Assembly: GCA_038279365.1 (NCBI GenBank)
Contig: JAYODI010000012.1
Span: 24,189 to 88,188 of the forward strand
Source of the DNA: Candidatus Latescibacterota bacterium
Lineage (GTDB): Bacteria > Latescibacterota > UBA2968
DNA length: 64,000 nucleotides
Direction of reading: 5' to 3'
Numbering within the stretch: position 1 is the stretch's first letter; every line of letters begins with the position of its first letter. Made by a program: the position numbers and the translations under genes. Positions 57,802 through 64,000 of this stretch are shown here, piece by piece. The notes under the pieces are model-generated. The model saw only the letters and a program-made list of their open reading frames with translations, had not been told where the DNA came from and searched no databases.

Positions 57802-58698
57802 ATGAGAGAAGTCCGCTGGGAACGCCTGTTTCCCGATGAACTCGAAACCGCCTTCAAAGCCTGTCCGGTTGTCTATTTCCCATACGGTCTTTGTGAACCG
57901 CATGGCCCCCAAAATACCGTTGGATTAGATGCCTTAAAAGCCCATGCCATAGCTTGCCGAACCGCACACCAACACGGCGGCATCGTGGCACCACCCGACT
58001 ATTGGCATATTCACGAAATAGGCGGGTATGCCCTATGGTCAGAACGTGCTGTGGGCCAACCCGAACGATCTTGGCTCACCTGTATGCCCCCGTGGCAACA
58101 CTTCAAAAATATCTGTTACCACATTCGCCAAGCAGACACGCTCGGTTTTCAAGCCGCCATTTTACTCACAGGTCACTATGGCCCCAACTGGCAAGATCTG
58201 AAAACCCTTTGTGATCTCATCCAACCGCACGTTGGCACGCGCCTTTATAGCCTACCCGATTTTGAGGCCAATCAACCGGGCTTTAACAACGACAACAAAA
58301 GTGGTGGCGACCATGCAGGCCGTGTTGAAACCTCGCTCCTTTGGGCCGTCGAACCCGACTGTGTGGATATCTCTCGCGTTCCCCCAAAAGACGAACCCGG
58401 CCCTCACTTTGCGATGGGACAAAACGTACGTGAATCCAATCGCAAAATTGGTGAACGCATGGTCAACGACGAAGTGGCTTGGCTTGGCAATAAAGCCCGA
58501 GAACTTCTCAATGCATACCAAGCTGAAAAACCCACTCAAAAATTGCGCACCTTTGGGCAAGTTGAACAGCTTTGGGAAACCATTATTCGCCCTGAGCTCA
58601 AAAACTTTCGCACCATGCAAAACAGTTGGAATGACGATACAACACTGCCTAAAGACTCTGTATGGTATGCCAACTGGCAAGTGCCTGACCTCGAATAA
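57802..58698 (+). CDS. creatininase / creatinine amidohydrolase family protein
   Basis: PYGLCEPHG..GLD, TGHYG and DHAGRVETS motifs. Confidence 0.9.
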   Translation: MREVRWERLFPDELETAFKACPVVYFPYGLCEPHGPQNTVGLDALKAHAIACRTAHQHGGIVAPPDYWHIHEIGGYALWSERAVGQPERSWLTCMPPWQHFKNICYHIRQADTLGFQAAILLTGHYGPNWQDLKTLCDLIQPHVGTRLYSLPDFEANQPGFNNDNKSGGDHAGRVETSLLWAVEPDCVDISRVPPKDEPGPHFAMGQNVRESNRKIGERMVNDEVAWLGNKARELLNAYQAEKPTQKLRTFGQVEQLWETIIRPELKNFRTMQNSWNDDTTLPKDSVWYANWQVPDLE

Positions 58699-58816
58699 GG
58701 GCAAAGAAATAGCAAATTATTTGGTTATATGCATAAAAAGTGCCATCTTTTCATGTTGCCAGACAAGCAGGGGAGATTTGACACCTCAAACACATATAGC
58801 CAGCACAGGAGATCAC

Positions 58817-59362
58817 ATGCCAAAGGGTCATACAAAAGCGTACATCGGCACACTCATTGCCCTACTGCTATGCATCGGTTGCCAAAATCAATCTTCAAAA
58901 TCAGATAAAACCGAACAACTCCAGATTTTGCATGACCAAATCAATTGGGATGGATACAACAACCTCAACGTCTACGGTGAAATCATTTATATACCCATTT
59001 ATTCCAGTGTTTACCATCAGGGTGGAAAAAAATTCGACCTCACATCTACACTCAGCGTTCACAATGTAGACCTCAACAATCCGATCCAACTCATTCGTGT
59101 GAACTATTACAATACCGATGGCAAACTCATTCGCAAATACATCAAAGAACCAACCGTCATCAATCCCTTCCAAACCAAACAATTTGTCATTCCATCGGTT
59201 GACACAACAGGTGGAACGGGGGCAAACTTTGTTGTACAATGGGTCTCCGAAGTCCATGTCACATCGCCCATTACCGAAGCCATTATGGTGTCTACCACAC
59301 AAAACCAAGGATTGTCTTTCTCCACCAAAGGGAAAGTTATCAGTACGATTCGCACCCAATAA
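58817..59362 (+). CDS. DUF3124-family lipoprotein
   Basis: Lipobox LCIGC; YIPIYS, LTSTLSVHN, YYNTDG, GGTGANFVVQW and EAIM motifs. Confidence 0.88.
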   Translation: MPKGHTKAYIGTLIALLLCIGCQNQSSKSDKTEQLQILHDQINWDGYNNLNVYGEIIYIPIYSSVYHQGGKKFDLTSTLSVHNVDLNNPIQLIRVNYYNTDGKLIRKYIKEPTVINPFQTKQFVIPSVDTTGGTGANFVVQWVSEVHVTSPITEAIMVSTTQNQGLSFSTKGKVISTIRTQ

Positions 59363-59382
59363 CAATGAATTGAGACAAAACC

Positions 59383-61656
59383 ATGAGCTGTAGTGAAACT
59401 TTTATACACACCAAGCCCCCATCATTCATATACATAAAAGCATTCCTGTTTTTTTTAAGCCTGATACTTTGCATTTCGCCATCCATCCAAGCACACGATG
59501 AATTTCCCCCCGATAACAAAACAGTCAAAGCGATTCGCCTCACAGCCGAACAACATATAAACCTCGATGGACATCTCGATGAACCCATTTGGAAAACCAC
59601 AATACCAGCAACAGACTTTATACAAAAAGAGCTTGATTACGGATTACCTGCACAGCAGAACACCGAAGTTCGATTTTGTTACGATGAGGAAAATCTTTAT
59701 GTAGGCATCCGATGTTTCGACGACCACCCAGAAAGCATTCTCAAACCTATGAGCCGTAGTGAAAACGACATGAATGCGGGTGATGTATTAAACCTGTTTA
59801 TCGACTCTCGACATGACCACCGAACAGGTTATAGAATCAGTGTCAACCCAAGTGGCATGCGCGGTGATGAGGCCCGATACAACGATTATTTGAAAGACAA
59901 CAGTTGGGATGGATTCTGGTGGGTGGAATCACATGTAGACAGTTTGGGATGGACTGCAGAACTCAAAGTCCCTTTTAAAAATTTTCGATTTGAGACACAA
60001 GGTGAACAAGTTTGGGGCCTCAACATTGAACGTAGGTTGCCACGCCTCAACGAACAAAGTTACTGGAAACAAGTTAGCTTAGATGATGGCCGATTCACAC
60101 GCATGTCTAAACTCGGTCACTTAACAGGCATTCGCGACATCAAACAAGGCCGAAGAATAGAAATTGTTCCTTACGGGCTTATTGGCACAACCCGGTCAGA
60201 TGCCACAAAAACCGATTTCACTACCGAAACAGGTCTCGACCTCAAATATGCCATCACTTCAAGTCTCACACTCGATGCCACGGTCAATCCCGACTTTGCC
60301 CAAGTCGATGCCGATGTTGACGAAATCAATCTCTCGCGTTTTCCCACTCGTTTTCCAGAACAGCGCCCATTCTTTGTGGAAGGCAACAATGCATTCCTCA
60401 CCCCCATCGAACTCTTCTACAGCCGCCGCATTGGTGGTCGTGCAGACATCTTAGGGGGCGGAAAAATTTCAGGTAAAGTAGGGCCATACACCCTCGGCCT
60501 CATTACAGCCCAAACCGGTGATTGGACATACTTTGGCATACAAAATGATGATGCCACCAAAGAAGACGCCACATTTGGTGTGGTACGTCTCAAACGCGAT
60601 ATTTTTTCCAAATCTACTATCGGTCTCGTTTTTGCCGACAAAGAGTATGCAAACAAATACAGCCGTGTTGCGGGCGTTGACCTTTCCCTGCGTCCCAGCG
60701 ATCTCGTTCTCTTCAACGCCCAAATTGCTGGCTCTTGGCAACCCGGCCTTACAGAAGGCAACATCGGATTCACATCCGACATCTCGCGCATTGCCGATGC
60801 ATCATCTGTCAAATTTTTCTACGAACGTTTGTCTCCAGACTTTGATGTCAACCAAACCGGTTTTTTACGCAAAGAAGCACATCGTGGGCGTGAGCGCATG
60901 GGGTTGGATTTGGTTTATAGCCCTCGTCCAGATATTGGAAATGTCAAACAAATCTATCTCACAGGGTTTGTCGATGCCCAAAGACCCATATTAACCAACC
61001 GTTATCTGACCGACCAAACCACAAGCTACCCCGGTACCCTATTTTCGCCCGACTTTCTCGATGAAAAACGCGGTTTTGGAGGGGGTACATCCTTAGAGGT
61101 AAGATTTGACTCAGGCTCCAGTGTAGAACTCTTTGCATCCAAGCAACACCGTTATGATATCACTGGCGGGTACGACTCAGACAGTCTCCGTGTGAGTGCC
61201 AGTACTCCCAGCCAATACAAAGTGGCCTTTCAAGCTTCTGCATTTATGAACGATTTTTATAACTTTTCTCGACGCCATGTCAGCAGAGAGTGGTCATTGA
61301 CCCTTGACACCACATTGCGCCCCCAAGACCGCTGGCGTATTGAAACCCGACTGCGTCACTCAAGAACATTTGACCCAAGCAACACACTCGAAGACCGCAT
61401 CTGGTTGGGATCACTCCGCACCGTTTACCTGTTCTCACCCGACACCTTCCTCAGTATATTTGCCCAAGGTCGTTCAGACCATACCCCATTGGGCACGCAA
61501 AAAACCTTTCTCGTCAGCAGTGTCTTCGGTTGGGAATTTACCCGAGGCAGTCGGCTTTTTGTAGCCATCAACGATTCGCGAGACGATGGCACTGGCACCT
61601 TTCGCCTCAACAACCAAACCCTTATTCTCAAGCTTGTTCGCTCAATTGATCTCTAA
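59383..61656 (+). CDS. CBM9-like + DUF5916 outer-membrane-associated protein
   Basis: LDGHLDEPIW, TEVRFCYDEENLYVG, GWTAELKVPF, TVNPDFAQVDAD, FPEQRPFFVEG and LFYSRRIG. Confidence 0.88.
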   Translation: MSCSETFIHTKPPSFIYIKAFLFFLSLILCISPSIQAHDEFPPDNKTVKAIRLTAEQHINLDGHLDEPIWKTTIPATDFIQKELDYGLPAQQNTEVRFCYDEENLYVGIRCFDDHPESILKPMSRSENDMNAGDVLNLFIDSRHDHRTGYRISVNPSGMRGDEARYNDYLKDNSWDGFWWVESHVDSLGWTAELKVPFKNFRFETQGEQVWGLNIERRLPRLNEQSYWKQVSLDDGRFTRMSKLGHLTGIRDIKQGRRIEIVPYGLIGTTRSDATKTDFTTETGLDLKYAITSSLTLDATVNPDFAQVDADVDEINLSRFPTRFPEQRPFFVEGNNAFLTPIELFYSRRIGGRADILGGGKISGKVGPYTLGLITAQTGDWTYFGIQNDDATKEDATFGVVRLKRDIFSKSTIGLVFADKEYANKYSRVAGVDLSLRPSDLVLFNAQIAGSWQPGLTEGNIGFTSDISRIADASSVKFFYERLSPDFDVNQTGFLRKEAHRGRERMGLDLVYSPRPDIGNVKQIYLTGFVDAQRPILTNRYLTDQTTSYPGTLFSPDFLDEKRGFGGGTSLEVRFDSGSSVELFASKQHRYDITGGYDSDSLRVSASTPSQYKVAFQASAFMNDFYNFSRRHVSREWSLTLDTTLRPQDRWRIETRLRHSRTFDPSNTLEDRIWLGSLRTVYLFSPDTFLSIFAQGRSDHTPLGTQKTFLVSSVFGWEFTRGSRLFVAINDSRDDGTGTFRLNNQTLILKLVRSIDL

Positions 61657-61715
61657 AAAATGACGAACACATAGGTCCTCGACAATTGGCCTTCAAAAAG
61701 ACAAGATAGCCAAAC

Positions 61716-64000
61716 ATGAAAACGCATATAGAAACACCCACCACCGCCGACCACACGTATTGCATTCACATGGGAGGCACGCTTGACGGCGTAAATACCC
61801 GCGACCCTGTCGGGTATTCGCCTTACAAACAGTCTTATGAGCCCAACAAATATGTTCGTCTCGAAAACGTAGGCGACACAGATATTGTCAACCCGTGGAT
61901 TATCGTCAACAACAAACGCGATTGGCGATCCATAGACCACATATTGGCAGGCATCATAACCGACGACATGACCGATGCAGAAAAAGCCCGAGCCATTTGG
62001 GAATTTGCCTGCAACCATCGCTATCATTACACCTGTGCCACAGACGAAGTCAAAGACACCGTCAAAATGCTCAACTGTTATGGCTACACCCTTTGTTGGG
62101 ATGAAGCATTCACAGTCTCAAATCTCTGGCAAGCGGCGGGTCTTAAAATTCGCAGAGGCTACCCACACGGTCACTGCACCACTGAAGTTTACTATGATGG
62201 AGCTTACCACCTCTTAGACAGCGACGAACACCTGCTCTATCTCTTGCGTGACAACCAAACCGTTGCATCCGAAGAAGACCTCTCCCACGACCACGACCTT
62301 GTCAAACGCGGTCACCCCTATGGCATCACCTTAGACGAAAACAGAGAACGATCTGAAAGCACCGCCTCTGCATTTTTTCACACAGGTCCACGAAGCGGTA
62401 CACGCCCTCAGCTCACATTTCACACCATGAACATGACCCTTCGCCCAAATGAAGCCCTCCTTTGGGAATGGGAAGATCGCAACAAATACCACGGATATTG
62501 GGATCGCCCAAAACGATTGGCAAATGGGCGCATGCAATACACCCCCCAACTCTCGCACTTTGAAACATGGGCCACACAAGCCGAAAATTTGCATTATAAC
62601 AAACACGGCCTTCACCCCATTCATGCCAATCAAGATGCGTATTTGGATATCACCATTCAAAGTCCTTATGTTATAGTTGGCGGAAAACTCACCTTATCAC
62701 TCACATCCAACACACAGGTTTCTGTAGGTATTTCTCGCAATGACAATCCCTACCAAACCCTTTGGCATGCCGATACAAATACCACCATCAAAACAACCAT
62801 AGACCTCAACCCAGCCTTTCCTGCCAACTCACCTGCATCTTACGCATATCGGGTTCGCATCGCATTAAAAGCCAACGATCACCCAGCGATGATCAAACAG
62901 ATCACTCTTGAGTCCGACTTACAGATAGCCCCCTTATCCTTACCTGCATTGGAAGTTGGCAACAACACCATTCACTACACCGCCGACAATGATGGACAAG
63001 TTGAAATCACCCATGCATTTGAAGAACAGGAATCCGATCCACCACCCGTCTCACCAACTAAACCCACATACCCACAAAATGGTGCAACCGTTTCAGGCAC
63101 CCAATTCACATTCGCTTGGCCCAAAGTTGAAGGCGCAACGGACTATCACTTTCAACTGAGTGATTTATCCAATCTCCAATACACACTCTCACCAGTGTTT
63201 AACAAACTCGTTTCCAAAACACCATCTGCAAAAAAAACCCAGTGGGAAATCCCACATGAAGGATTGCTCAATTCCAACCAAACCTATTACTGGCGCATGC
63301 GCCCACGCCTTGCCAATGGCCTTTGGGGCGCCTGGAGTAACATTTGGTCCTTCACACCTCAAGCCCCTCATGTGCCGATCCAGGTTGAAATCCACCCCAA
63401 CTGGGAAGACCGCACCCTTACCCTACATTGGCAACCCAACCCACGGGGCAACAAACCCGACCATTACGAAATCTATGGCAGCAACGAACGGGGTTTCACC
63501 ATCAGCCGAGAACCTTATGTGGTTGTAACAGGAAATAAAAAGGCAGAAACCTTCCCTGCCAACCTCATTGCCACAACAGATCAAACAACCATCCAAGTTG
63601 CGGGTTCAACAATAAAAAAAGGCAACCACGCCTATTATCGCGTTGTTGCCGTAGACAAACATGGTGTGCGCAGTGGCCCCTCTGCCATGTCCGAAGCCCC
63701 TCGCCCCATGATCATATCGCACCCACCCAAACAAGCCATGGCTGGCCAAACGTATACCTATCAAATCCAAGCCATTGCATCTATCGGTGATTTACGCTGT
63801 GAAAGCAAAGGCCCTCGGCGATATTTCTCAGCATTTCGAGATGGCGACACCTTGCGCTACCTTCTCGACGAAGGCCCTGACTTTATTGCATTGGATGAAA
63901 AAACAGGCATCTTAACAGCCACACCAAAAACACAAGACATCAGCACCCATACCGTCACCATTCGTGTTCAAAACGGCCAAGGTGGAACAGATATGCAAGG
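61716..64000 (+). CDS. large transglutaminase-like protein with FnIII/Ig-like domains (3' truncated)
   Basis: Absent from the ORF track because it has no stop. Start region: MKTHIETP...EKARAIW...YGYTLCWD...GHCTTEVYYDGAYHLLDSD (Cys-His-Asp). The window end is in the same frame and reads as an Ig-like segment, LDEKTGILTATP..VTIRVQNGQGG. Confidence 0.8.
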   Translation, partial: MKTHIETPTTADHTYCIHMGGTLDGVNTRDPVGYSPYKQSYEPNKYVRLENVGDTDIVNPWIIVNNKRDWRSIDHILAGIITDDMTDAEKARAIWEFACNHRYHYTCATDEVKDTVKMLNCYGYTLCWDEAFTVSNLWQAAGLKIRRGYPHGHCTTEVYYDGAYHLLDSDEHLLYLLRDNQTVASEEDLSHDHDLVKRGHPYGITLDENRERSESTASAFFHTGPRSGTRPQLTFHTMNMTLRPNEALLWEWEDRNKYHGYWDRPKRLANGRMQYTPQLSHFETWATQAENLHYNKHGLHPIHANQDAYLDITIQSPYVIVGGKLTLSLTSNTQVSVGISRNDNPYQTLWHADTNTTIKTTIDLNPAFPANSPASYAYRVRIALKANDHPAMIKQITLESDLQIAPLSLPALEVGNNTIHYTADNDGQVEITHAFEEQESDPPPVSPTKPTYPQNGATVSGTQFTFAWPKVEGATDYHFQLSDLSNLQYTLSPVFNKLVSKTPSAKKTQWEIPHEGLLNSNQTYYWRMRPRLANGLWGAWSNIWSFTPQAPHVPIQVEIHPNWEDRTLTLHWQPNPRGNKPDHYEIYGSNERGFTISREPYVVVTGNKKAETFPANLIATTDQTTIQVAGSTIKKGNHAYYRVVAVDKHGVRSGPSAMSEAPRPMIISHPPKQAMAGQTYTYQIQAIASIGDLRCESKGPRRYFSAFRDGDTLRYLLDEGPDFIALDEKTGILTATPKTQDISTHTVTIRVQNGQGGTDMQ

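Noticed and set aside
90-63528. Numerous 60-280 aa ORFs antisense or out of frame to the called genes
   Set aside because: Shadow ORFs with no recognisable motifs, overlapping well-supported CDS.

Overview
Gene-dense bacterial chromosomal window of about 53 CDS, with no rRNA, tRNA, CRISPR array, integrase or transposase that I can support. The gene set includes an FCB-type sigma70 lacking region 1.1, many Gfo/Idh/MocA, amidohydrolase and PhyH enzymes, a CehA/McbA hydrolase and DUF5916. This suggests a carbohydrate-scavenging FCB-group organism, possibly Latescibacterota-like (inference only). Main blocks in order: Na/Pi transporter-PhoU-PhoB; a Tat-exported PaoABC-like molybdoenzyme; a sugar-acid catabolic cluster divergent from a GHMP kinase/nucleotidyltransferase pair; a GH31 cluster; an RNB exoribonuclease; sigma70; an orphan IorA-like subunit; a multiheme fusion with lepB; tandem double-domain PhyH paralogs; and large secreted proteins. 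Best signals not visible in the ORF track: (1) a BCP/PrxQ peroxiredoxin whose peroxidatic Cys codon is an in-frame TGA followed by a SECIS-like hairpin (probable selenoprotein, 35014-35457); (2) a kinase with the plant galacturonokinase signature, translationally coupled to a sugar-1-phosphate nucleotidyltransferase (candidate bacterial uronic-acid salvage route); (3) a UshA-like/tetraheme c554/thioredoxin-fold fusion; (4) three intergenic cassettes of facing inverted heptamer arrays; (5) a 40-aa membrane peptide gene whose UTRs can base-pair; (6) a 630-bp identical block inside diverged PhyH paralogs that lack the canonical HxD iron ligand. All family calls come from motif recognition by eye; no database search was run.
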